A DNA stretch of 63,607 nucleotides, the filler included, from Pelomyxa schiedti (lineage: Eukaryota > Protista > Evosea): NCBI GenBank assembly GCA_020536535.1. It is 10 parts of 10 records of this genome, joined end to end, with 100 filler letters (N's around TTAATTAATTAA, not from the genome) between each part and the next. Parts side by side here need not be neighbours in the genome. Positions count along the whole stretch, not along the records: positions 1 to 15,579 come from JAHLWZ010001156.1; 9 more parts are not named here. One strand, 5' to 3'. Numbering within the stretch: position 1 is the stretch's first letter; every line of letters starts with the position of its first letter. The position numbers and the translations under genes were made by a program. Below are positions 1 through 10,844 of this stretch, in pieces. The notes under the pieces were generated by a model. It was not told the DNA's origin and ran no database searches. It saw only the letters and a program-made list of their open reading frames with translations.

Positions 1-1530
1 CCTCAGTGTCACTTCCTCCATGCCACTGGTGGCAAAGGTTGAAGGAGTGAGCAGTGGCAACCTCATGCATTTGCCGTCTGTCGTCCAGCCATGGATGTCC
101 CTGTAGTTTGGTGCTCTGTCATCAAGTGGCCCCATGCACGGAATCACCCCGTAGGCTACAAGCTGGTCCACTGTCATAAGGTGGGTGATAGATAGGTGCC
201 ACTCATACACGCGATCACCAATGAGCTGTGTGGTGGCTATCACTGTTGACTCCCCGGATGGTCCTGGCCTTGGTTTGGTGACTGTTGACTTGTCATTTGC
301 TGGTATCACGAGGCTATTCCCACAGCAAGCTGTGTCCCACTCCCATGTTTCAGAATTCACACCATAACACAAAGTGGAAGAAGCCTTTTGGCCGGCAACT
401 GTGATCGTCAACGTGTGAACTGCGTTGTTGACTGCAGGTGGTACCGTGCATGTGATTTCAGTGTGTGGGCATGTAAGTTCGACACTGCTACACATCACAC
501 CTGTTCCATTTGGGAATTAAACAACTAAATAGTCCTTGAGATACCATTGACTGAGGCAGTGATTTCACTTGATGAGGAACCAAATCTGCGTCCTCTGATT
601 TTAACCTCCTTGCTATTACAGGAAGCCTTAGATACACTGTGAATGCATGGTCCTGGATTTGATGTGAACTTCGTTGTAGGGGAAAAAAGAACATAGTAAC
701 CTGGAAAAGAGAACCTCGTGTCGTTCGGACTGTCAGCAGTGACACCAAACACAGAGAGGGACACTGGTAGGTCACGGCCCATGCCATCATCCGGCACAGT
801 GAAAGTGAGAACAGAACCAGGAGTGACAATTTTCACGTTTGTGCACTCTGATTCACCAACTCGCATTATAATGTCTTTGCTTGTTGCTGTTGCCGCCCAC
901 AACCCAGTTGCAGTTACACAGTCTTCTGCCACCGCGGTATCTTTGATGCATTCAAGCACTGGCCCTTTGTGTATTGTGTGTTTGTCATATGCAAAAGAGC
1001 AACACATACCAGGGGAAACGAAGCACAGGTGAGGAATCTTTTCCTTTACCAGTTCGATGTCATATGCAGAAATCCAAATTTTAGTTGTGCACGGTGATAG
1101 GTGTTCTGCCTTGCATTCAAGTTGCTATGAATTGACTGTTAAGCGCTCAAATCAAAAACAATAAAGACCTTGAGGATTCCAGGTAACGCCTCACACAAGT
1201 CAGTGATCTTATGGCCATTCCCACTTTTCAAGATTGCAGCACACTTCGACTTGTATTTCTCAATGTGCCCAAGCCCCGTATCAATGACATCCAATTGCTG
1301 TGACAAGGCACCAACTGCGTGTGGTTAGTGAAAGAAGGAAAAAAAACTAAGAATCATTGGGAAACACGCCTTTCCAGGATGCAATTGCCTCAGAAGTTGA
1401 AATCAATTCCTCTTGCCTCCTTTGCAATCTTGAAATAATGTCTGAGAATTCCTGTACAACTTTTTCTGCAAATTGGCTCTGATCCTTTGGTGTTTATTGT
1501 TTGGGTGTGGGTGGAAAACATAAACCAGCT
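1..1530 (-). CDS. Partial multi-exon gene: coiled coil + IPT/TIG repeats + SPRY/B30.2-like domain; 5' end cut by TIR element, 3' end outside window
   Basis: Spliced reading: EKVVQEFSDIISRLQRRQEEL/ALSQQLDVID (coiled coil); VGESECTNVKIVTPGSVLTFTVP and VKIRGRRFGSSSSEITASVNG (IPT-like); YEWHLSITHL...VAYGVIP (SPRY-like). Introns have CTAAC branch sites. Confidence 0.6.
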
Positions 1531-1944
1531 CATAACTGGCGCACGGTGGCGCACTTTGAACCACAGGAAAATTGCTCTGTAAAACACAAAGTGCGCCGGG
1601 CGCACTTTGTGTTTTTATTTTCCGAGAAATCGAAACCCAAAGTGCGCCGATTTTCGCACATCTGCGCCACTGTACCACTGGCGCACTTCGGGTCACGTGA
1701 AAAGTCCTCTTCCAAAACACAAAGTGCGCCGCGGCGCACTTGTCGACAAGTAATTTGGTGATTCGTGCCGATGAAAAGGGTTGTCGTTCTTGGCCCGACA
1801 GCAACCGTTTGGCACAAAAACCACCAGACTGGAGACCCCTTTGCACAACACACCCAACCACATCACTCACTGCGCGGTGTGACCACACAACAGCAATAAC
1901 CACATCGTTTTTTTTTGGATAAAAATAGATTTTTTGATGGGTCT

Positions 1945-2380
1945 TGTTCTCGGTCTGGTGTTGGTTCCCACTGTTGGCAGTGGTGTCATTGTACGCCCCA
2001 TAACAATGGGTACATATTCCCGTTGTCGGTGCGTTGTTCGGTTGCTGTGGGAGGGAGAACCAGCCCTCTTCCCAAATTCGGCTCAGTTCACATTCACAGA
2101 AAAGATATCTAATCTGATTGGCTTCGTTCTCCCTCTGGTGTTCGTTCCCATTGTTGCCAGTAGTACGGCTCTGTACCTCATAACAAGAGGTACATAGTTC
2201 CGTTGTTTTTGCAGTGTTTGGTTGATATTGTATGGAGAACCAGTCTTAGAAATGTTCCTCCAATTCACTGATCTGTGTGTTGATCTCTCCATTCGTTCTC
2301 CCTCTTGTTGCTTATAGTGCGGTTCTGTACCCCATAACAAGGGGGACATAGCACCGTTGTTGTTGCGGTGTTTGGTTGCT
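1945..2380. repeat. Three degenerate tandem units (periods 180 and 154 bp), each with a hairpin around an ATAACAA loop
   Basis: Loops at 2000, 2180 and 2334, e.g. TGTACCTC-ATAACAA-GAGGTACA at 2172-2194. Same array in the copy at about 41737-42175. Confidence 0.75.
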
Positions 2381-2595
2381 GTTGAGATTATGGGCCGACG
2401 GAATCAGGGAATCTTGGCTTTCTGGGTGAGTGCCAAGTTGGACAACTATTTCTGGCCATTCAGGAACCAGCAAGTTCATTCTAACAGATAACAGTGAACT
2501 CACCCTTTGTGTTCTCCACAAAGTATACGAACTTTGATTACTGAGGACTGAGTGGAATCTTATATTGTCAAAAAACAAACAAGGATGTTATCTTT

Positions 2596-2866
2596 GTGTG
2601 TGTTCGTTATCTCAGGCAGTTTAGGGGTAGATTCTGTGGTAATAATCTAAGGTCAAGGTCAGTGCTCTGCAGCAATAGGAACGTGGCACACAGTTTAACA
2701 TGTTTGATTACATCCACACTTGAGAATTGATTTGAACATCACAGCCTTTTAACCCAACCCCACAAACTCTTAATTCTCTCACTCCATTTGGTTTCTTCCT
2801 CTGTGGTACTTATTCTCAAGCCCACAGAATCTACCCTTAAACTGCCTGAGATAACGAATCACACAC
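2596..2866. repeat. ~45-bp inverted repeat pair
   Basis: GTGTGTGTTCGTTATCTCAGGCAGTTTAGGGGTAGATTCTGTGG (2596-2639) versus its near reverse complement at 2822-2866. Confidence 0.85.
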
Positions 2867-4598
2867 GAATCCTTAAACCACACATCTTGTGTTTCAACAG
2901 GTATTACACAACCTTGAGCTCAACCTTCAGGGACTCAGCAGTACACACAAGGATCTGAGGTGCACTTGAGGGAATTTCTGGAATAAGGGAGTGTCCAACT
3001 CAGGACACACTGGCAGAACTCATCAGGCTTGAAGTTGTTGTTTCCCTGTCTGCGTTCTCAACGTGGCCTCAAAGCTCACCACACCAACCAAATACTTATT
3101 TTTGTGCACCTTTACATTCATGATTTGCTCTCTGGGTGACTTCCATTCTGTTCCTGAGAACGTAAAACTTGATTACAGAGCCCAACTCCAATTGTGGGAA
3201 GTGTTGGTTCCCACTGAGACTCACAGTGGCCACCCTCAGCAGTTAGAATCCACCAACACAGCCTGGTTAACTTGTGGCGCACCTTGAACCACAGGGTTTT
3301 GACTGGAACACAAAGTGCGCCACTTGGGTTCCTAGTGGCGCACTTCGGACACTGTATTGTACAGCAGGATTTTCCATTCCTCGGCGCACTTTGTGTTGTA
3401 GTGGAAAAAAATTCACGCAAACTGTGTGTCTATTGCAGGGAACTGAAGGTTCTCTTGTGCTTTACCTCACAGGAACCCCAGCTTACACTGTCCACACTGA
3501 GCTCAGTGAAATCAGAAATCAAACAGATCCAGAGTATTAACAACCACCCTATTTCCTCCAGAAACACCCCAACAGCAGCAAACAGTGGGACATGTTACCC
3601 CTTTGTTCCAAGGCATGACGCACACATCATTGCCAACAGTTGAGAAAGACACACAATTGAGGGTGATGGGTGGTCTGTGTTGTGTCATGCCTGCAATTTC
3701 TGCTCCCTGCTGGGATACCTCCATGGCATAGATAGGGATGGATGGGATCTGGAATCAGTGGCATCACCCTCACCCACCACCCCCAACCAATTGTCTCCCC
3801 CCCGGCTCCCCCTCACCAAACACCCAACACAGAACCGAAATTGACACGGAGAGTGAGCGACAATCAGCAGCACACTCACAAGTTCACGTTTCCTGGCATC
3901 GGCATTGAGAAAACACAAAGTGTGCCCTCGGTGCACTTTGGGACCGACGGTTGACATGACACAAAGTGTGCCAAGTGGCACCATGGCGCACTTTGTGTCA
4001 TGTCATTGGCCCAGTCAAAAAACACAAAGTGCGCCGGTCGACCAGCGCACTTTGTGTTCGTGGTGGTAGAGTGTTGTGGTTCACTTGGGAGACATGTTGT
4101 TCAGTTGTTTGAGCCAGTGTACAACACGAAAAACATTGGGGGCACACGATTCCCACCATTTATTCATCCTTTTTACAAAATCGAAGAAATCCACATCAAA
4201 GTGACATGACACAAAGTGCGCCACGGTGCACTTTGTGTCACGTGGTTTTTCAGAGTTGGTTTGCCAAAGGGCGCATTTGGCTTTGTGTTCAATGTCCGCT
4301 CAGGCGCACTTTGAGACAATGAAACACAAAGTGTGCCAGCGTGAACCAGTTATGAGAAGCCAGCCTCTATGATTCCTTCTGCCTCACTTTCAGCAGACAA
4401 GTTGGGAGCAACACCAGCTTCAATCAATTTGATTGTTGCCACACCGTAGCTACAGCGGCAATATTTTCACCACCCCTCCTTGAGGTATCATGCAATAAAT
4501 GACTCCCCATGGATTTCTGCACCAACACAGACAAGCTTTCTTGTTCCACGTTGTGCACAGCTTTGATAATGTGCCCAACAGAAGTAGGAGATGGAGCA

Positions 4599-4653
4599 TT
4601 TTCGATGCTTGTCGTTTGATTTTCGATGCCTGTCGTTTGATTTTCGATGCCTG
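4599..4653. repeat. 21-bp tandem repeat, about 2.6 copies
   Basis: TTTTCGATGC(T/C)TGTCGTTTGA repeated. Confidence 0.85.
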
Positions 4654-7620
4654 TTGAAAGAAAGTTTGCCAGAAAATTTTTCGTTTTTCAGCCTCATAAA
4701 ACCAAATCAGGCCATCCCAAGCGGCTGTGCAAAGAGGGAACAACAGATGGCGGGTGGGGTTGTGCTGTGTGTGCAAAGGATGGTCAGGTGTGAGTGACAA
4801 GGCAACGTGGCTGTGCTACCTTGGTTTCTCAGACAGTCATCACCTGACTCATAACCAACTGTGTATCACATTTTATCTGAATTCTCTTTGTGTGGGTGCC
4901 TTGTATGCTTTTGTGTTACCTTCTCACAAAACTTTATTAAAAATGTGGTGCTGTGTTTGTTGTGTTTTTGTGCCCAAATAAGGTCAAGAGTCATTGAGAC
5001 ATTGTAAGAAAGCCAAAAGAGGTCTTACATCACTCCAATGCAATGTAGTTGGAACCCATTTGGGGGGAGCCCAGTTTCCCTTTCTGCTTTTATCTTAAGA
5101 ACCTCCTTTTTTTTTTCCCACCAGAATTATGGGATGTGACTTGGCCACGTTTAACAGAGGTACTTCTTCTTGCTGTCAAAGGGCTCCCTTGGGCCTTATC
5201 AGTGACACCATCTCACCCATATTAAACACTAACAACAACCACAGTAGAGGAGAGTGGAGGGGAGGTGGTTGTCAGTGCCCTGGGTGGGCCTGTGTACAGG
5301 AGTGGGGTGTGAGGTGTGAGAGGGTCTCAAGATTGGAGGGATGGGGGATGGGGGATGGGGGATGGGGGATGGGGGTAGCGTTGTCATATGATCCTGAGGT
5401 GGAAATCATTTTCCCTTGTGAGTTATCAGGGTTAAGAGTTACCTGCTTGAAGAAGACCAGCATCGCGGGACATAGAAATTGGAGATGAACCAGCAGGAAG
5501 AATGGCAGAGATGATGTAAGGGTTGTCTGTAAGAAGTCAAATTGCAGCACAATAGGAGATGGAAACCTGAGTGTTGACCAAGCAGTATGTGGAGGTAATG
5601 TACAATTGCCGGGATGATATGCTACGTGGAATCTGTGCACATTGAGATGACAATCTCAGCATAGCATGCCAGCAAAATGACAAGGATCAACATAAAGAGC
5701 AACTCACACAGGCAGGTAAAATATGGACAACCTGAATGCAATGAATCGGAGGCACAAACAGAGAAAGGCACTACATACACAGGTAAAGCATATTTAGGGA
5801 AATGTGAAAATGCCAGCAAGGTAGCAGCAATGCATCAAGACAAGAAGATACATAGCTTTGCATAAGTTCGCCAAGTAAGGAAATTGCAAAAGCGTTTTCA
5901 AATTGGACCTACTGCTGGAGTTAGAAGCAAACTATGAGGAAGTAAACAGACCTGCAGTTGCCAAGCATCTTCAGCTCAGCAATCAGAGCAATCCAACACT
6001 TGTGCTAGGACAGCCATAACCAAAGAATACTGAGAGGTGGACCAGGCATTATTTCCAATCATCTGCGCACACTCTCAACCCTGCAATGCACAAGTTAGAC
6101 TATAGCAAGAAGGGCAAGAGAGAATTTTTCAGGGAGTTTTCAGCATAACAAGCACTTTGTCCCATGATGCTGGGCCACTGGAGCCCAGGAAACGAATCCG
6201 AAATTAAAGGCACCAAGGGAGCTTAAGGCACAGGAATGAGAGGCAAACATAAGGAAATTGTGAGTTTGGAAATAATCACCTTTTCTACTCCCAAATGCCA
6301 AGTTGGCAGTTTCCAAAAGGTGAAGAGGAAGAGAGGAGGGGAAATGCCCAAGTGGAAGGAACAGTGAACCACTAGTAGTATGCACATGAAAGCATCCCCT
6401 TCCAGAGCCAAATTTTTCGTTTTTGGATCTCTGGCGGTTTTGGTAGCCCCCACCACAAGTCACTTCCCCCACACTTTTCTTCTCTGTTATAATAATATTT
6501 ATTATAATAACATATATAAATATATTAATTTTTTTTTTTTTTTAGGGTGAGTAATATTATTAGATCGATCATACATTGCTGGTGGCCAAAGTAGGCAATG
6601 TGCAGACAATTATGCAAAGTCTGCAGATTGCTTCCCCTGTCACCGGCTCAACTCCCTACTGACATTGCCGTCTTCCTTCCAACCTCGCTCGGTTCCATAC
6701 GTGACCGCCTCTTGACATCGATCCTCACTTCCGACATCGTTGTCTGACTAACAGTTTACGGCCACCGAAGACAGTGCGGACAAACCCTCGTTGGAACGCA
6801 TTTTGTGCACACGGGGAAAAAAAAAAGATTTGGCAACTGAAAGGACAAGGGGGTATGTGGGTGCTGCACGCGGGCTTGTGGATCGCACACTCTGCTCCTT
6901 CCTCCGAGATCATAGAACAGAGAAAACGAAAAGTAGTGTCGTTGCATGGTCAACGAAGTGGATGTCAAACAAGCGTGTGTCCGACGGACGAGTCCTCCAC
7001 AATTTCTTCACAGCGCACGTGCCGTGCTCCTTCATGTCGGTGTTGTAACATTAATTTTGAGCGATCAGGTTTGTTGTCTTGGCGGCGTGTTTGTGCGTCT
7101 TGTCCACTGCCGAGAGTATCCACTTGACGATATGCCAGCTGACAAGGCGACTTCACAGCAAAATATGCTTGGCTTGTGCGAGGTTCACTAATGTTGGATT
7201 GAGTACAATTAACTGGTTGGAATCCCCTTCATGCATCTTTGCACTTAATCACCAACAGGCTCGAGTCTCTTCTACTACGTTCCTGAATATGAAGTAGAGG
7301 AAGTGCCCAACAGAACTAGTTATCGTTGGATTGCTGCGTGTATCTTTCTCCGTTTTTCTTTTTTGAGTACTTACAACATTATAGCCCGGTGTTGCACGGT
7401 TATCCAGCCAGCATTGGGCTGGCCTTTTGATTTACAGCAGCTTTCTCCACTGGTATGTTCCTGATTTCTTCTTTTTCCCATTTTCACCCTGAATACTAGG
7501 GTATTATGGAATAATTGTCCCATTTGCATAACGACTGGCCCCTTGTGTCTGTTCTACCTGGCCCTGGATGTGGGAATGACAATCAGGGCACTTGTTCATG
7601 ACTGGGAGAGTCTTTGATGG

Positions 7621-7983
7621 GTGATTGTGAGCGCTCCTCATCAGCGGTGTGTTGAACATGATGGCATCACACAAGCCCAGAAGATAATTTCAATGGGTGA
7701 GTTCACCAAAGATTCTGTTGTGGGGTGCCTTGCAAACCCATTAGTATTGAGATCAAGCAAAGCAGTCAAGTGGTTGATCACACACTTCCAGCTTGACCAT
7801 GACAACATTACATCTGAACACAGCAGGATTCTGTTCAACCTAATTTCCAATGGAAAAGAGAGCTGTGCAGAGTGGGTCATCAACAAGTTCCACATCACCC
7901 TGGATGAGGTAATACAACAGCAACAAAAGAAATCAGCTGGGAATAATGTCCGACGGAGGACCTTAATGCCGAAGACCCTGTGA
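7621..7983 (+). pseudogene. Fragment of a helical (pseudo-ankyrin-like) repeat protein
   Basis: KAVKWLITHFQL and SCAEWVINKFHI repeats; no clear start or upstream exons. Confidence 0.35.
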
Positions 7984-8080
7984 AGCCAGCTGTCTCTCAT
8001 TCTTCATCTCCTTGTCATTGAACGCAGTCGGAATTTTTTTTTTTTTTGTTCGGGAAGAAAAACCATACAGTGTTTGTTGC

Positions 8081-10110
8081 TCAGAAGAGTGTTGTTGGGC
8101 TGGGTTGGTTGTCTATGGGGAATGAGGGGGGAATTTCTTCTTCGTCATCCGCTGCGTCGCTAGGCGGTACTGTATCATCATCATTGGCTGCATGTGCGGC
8201 AAGGGCCCTCTGTACCTCCGGCCTCATGGCACTGTTGGGTATTGGTGCCTGGTCGTCGTCGTCATAATCATTGCCATTGTCTTTGTAGTCCACTGCGGTG
8301 GCCGTGTGGTCAGTGTTGTCGTGGGTATGTACCATGTGATGGTGATGTGGGCAGACATTGTCGGCTGGTGAGGGTTTGAAATGCACACAGGGGCCTCCAC
8401 AAGGAGAATGGTGCGGGCCTGGGGAGTGGCATGCGTGAGTGTGCGGAGAAGTACACTGGTGAGGGCAAGCGTTCTGGTTGTGGGCGGCATGCTTGAACTC
8501 AACGGGGCGGTGGACGGGTGGCGGGACACTGGGGGGGTGTGTTGGTGTTGGGTGGTTCTGTGTAGGACTTTTCTTCACTACTCGGGAAGGGAGGTGGGCT
8601 GATGAAGGTGTGTCCGAGTATTGTGTAGTTGCCCTCATTGGGGTGTGTGGTGGAGAGACTGGCGCATCATAATGCGTTGGTGGGGACAGATCGCCCCTGT
8701 ACCTTTTTGGTGCTGGAGGCTCAGCTTGCATATCAGCTTGTATATCATCTTGCATAGCTGCATCCCCACTTGGTGAAGATGTGACAGAACGAGATGGAGC
8801 AACGTAACTGCCAGTGTCTGCAGAAAGTTGCTGGGCATTATTGAACATGCTCCCTTGAGATGGTGACTGTTTCATTGAATATGCTGTAAATGAGTGGGTA
8901 GGGGAAACTACTGGCTCCACAATTTAGCCTGTGGATTTAAAGAAAGCTAACCTGTTGAGTCCTTTGTCTCTGAGTGTATTGAAGCTTGAGAAGATGTCTG
9001 CAAAGACTTAAGAAAATTATTTTTTTAAAGAAAAGAACTACCGTAGTGGAACTTGGTTCATTGATAATAGTGGCAATGACGAAATTCGCCTCGAAGGCGG
9101 CTTGCTTGGCACTAATCACTATGGGTTGTTGGGCTTGGCCTGTGCAAGAAATTCCAAGTGAGACTTGTACTTGGATGCTATCGCAAAAAAGAAGAACAGA
9201 ACGTAAATCCTACGCTCAATGTGGGAAAACCAAGAGGGAAGAGAAGAGAGTACCTTGACAGAGACAATTGCAGAAATAGGCCCACACGTGGAATCTCGGA
9301 AAGATGCTTGTATTTGATTTTGAAGGTAATCCAATGTTTGGTCATAAGCAATAAGGTTTTGGACTTTTTCTATGGCCATATCACCCAGATAGCTGCCTTC
9401 ATAAGACCCAACAAAAATCTATAAATATATACCTTCTCACGCCCAGACTGTCAACTGCAGTTACAAGGATAGCTTCTTCCACTCGTTTGTCGAACCTCTG
9501 TAAACAATCCAAAAGAACTTGCGGACGAAACGAGAGCACGGCAAGGTAGTCGTCATCATGCTTGCATTCCAGAGGCTGAGAAGAACTCAGTTTGGAAAAT
9601 AAAGTGCTGTGTATACATCACAGTGCACTAAGTTGAGAGTTCTGATTTTCTTCAATCCATTTTTGGTTGTCACTTGAAGTTCCAAATTTTGCTTGCTGTC
9701 CAGAAATTTAAGAGATACTGTGTCGAGCTAAGTGATAGTTTTAGTTGGTCTTGCATCCAAATGGCAGGTATGATGAAAGGTCGCTACCTGATTCGGAGTT
9801 CTAAATCCTGCCATGAGTGGTTTTGTTTTTACAGTGTAACGAGGTTCCGAGAGTCGGGATGTCCTCGCGTAGTGATCAAACGCAGTGGATCGGATTTTCA
9901 CGTGGAAAAAACAGGTCCGTTCACCATTAAGCCCGCGAAGTGTAATGCCCTCATCACGTACGATAAACAACACGTCTTCGGAGATCTAAGGCAACATCGT
10001 AAACCAAAATGAACACTTTGTCTCCCATGCCAACAGTCCACCTTCCCCAATGACAAGAAGCACTTGGTTAAAAGCGATATCGACGCGGGGTCTGAGACAT
10101 AGAGCTCCAT
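8081..10110 (-). CDS. RAD9: Rad9 subunit of the 9-1-1 checkpoint clamp with long disordered C-tail (multi-exon)
   Basis: Spliced KCFLSLGKISEDVLFIVRDEGITLRGLNGERTCFFHVKIRSTAFDHY, YTVKTKPLMAGFR, QVTTKNGLKKIRTLNL, RPQVLLDCLQRFDKRVEEAIL and AFEANFVIATI follow Rad9 PCNA-fold motifs in order. Last exon is ORF 8081-8920. Confidence 0.8.
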
Positions 10111-10844
10111 CTTTACCGGTTTATTTTTTATTTTTTGTTTTTCTTTGAGGAAAAGGCAGATGGAGAATTCTGGAAGAGAAACAGTTTGCCTTCACACGAA
10201 ACTTGTTATTTCCCTGCGTGGGCATTGGTGATTTTGGCTCTGACCGACTCAACTGGTTCTCTGAGGTTTCGTTGAAATTGATCAAAAGGGCGATAAAGAC
10301 CAAGCCAGTATCCGTAAGGCTGCACCCCACTTGCGGTTCTGTGGGAGCGCGCAAGCACGGACTTGTGGGAAAGAAAGTCGGCCTCTGAGGGTTGAAATGT
10401 GGATTTGGACAAGTGGCCTTGGCAAAGAAGTAGCTGCTTCGACCAGCATAACAAATGGAGGAATTAGAAACACTAAATTAGGATAAAATAGTGGATACAG
10501 TACAGTAAGTATTGGAAAACAAAGCTCCCTAACTATAACCAAAACAACCAGTTAAAAAAAAATGTATGAAATTTTCTAGAAGGTCAGCTTCATTTGTGAA
10601 AGCTTCTTTAGTACAAAGCCAAGGTTTTAAGACAACGTATTATTAGAGAAAAGCACAGGAAACGTGACAAGCTCCGTAGCTTGTTGTCTGCGAAGATGAA
10701 ACTGTCGCGGCAAAAAACACTAGCGCCTGTGATTATGCGGAAACTTGTGGGATCGAAAAAGGGAAAAACAGAAGGAAATTTCCTTTTGTTTGTTGAAATG
10801 CTGGCTCTTGTTTTAACACTACACACAAAGGTGGGTTTTGTTTT

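Larger units (their letters stand above)
1531..4354. mobile_element. Non-autonomous TIR DNA transposon region (possibly composite) with palindromic subterminal motif arrays
   Basis: CATAACTGG at 1531 and its inverse CCAGTTATG at 4346-4354. Clusters of ACACAAAGTGCGCC/GGCGCACTTTGTGT at about 1545-1745, 3275-3400 and 3910-4340. 1531-2730 recurs at 41309-42546 and the right end recurs inverted at 46740. No transposase ORF. Confidence 0.7.

Noticed and set aside
3063-3255. Possible small-GTPase relic (NVKLDYRAQLQLWE)
   Set aside because: No P-loop or DxxG motif; similarity too weak.
1545-4340. CRISPR-like array of palindromic repeats
   Set aside because: Repeats are about 13 bp, in both orientations, irregularly spaced, with no cas genes and in a eukaryotic context.
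5129-6200. Possible spliced gene
   Set aside because: Splice-like signals but no recognisable product or consistent frame.
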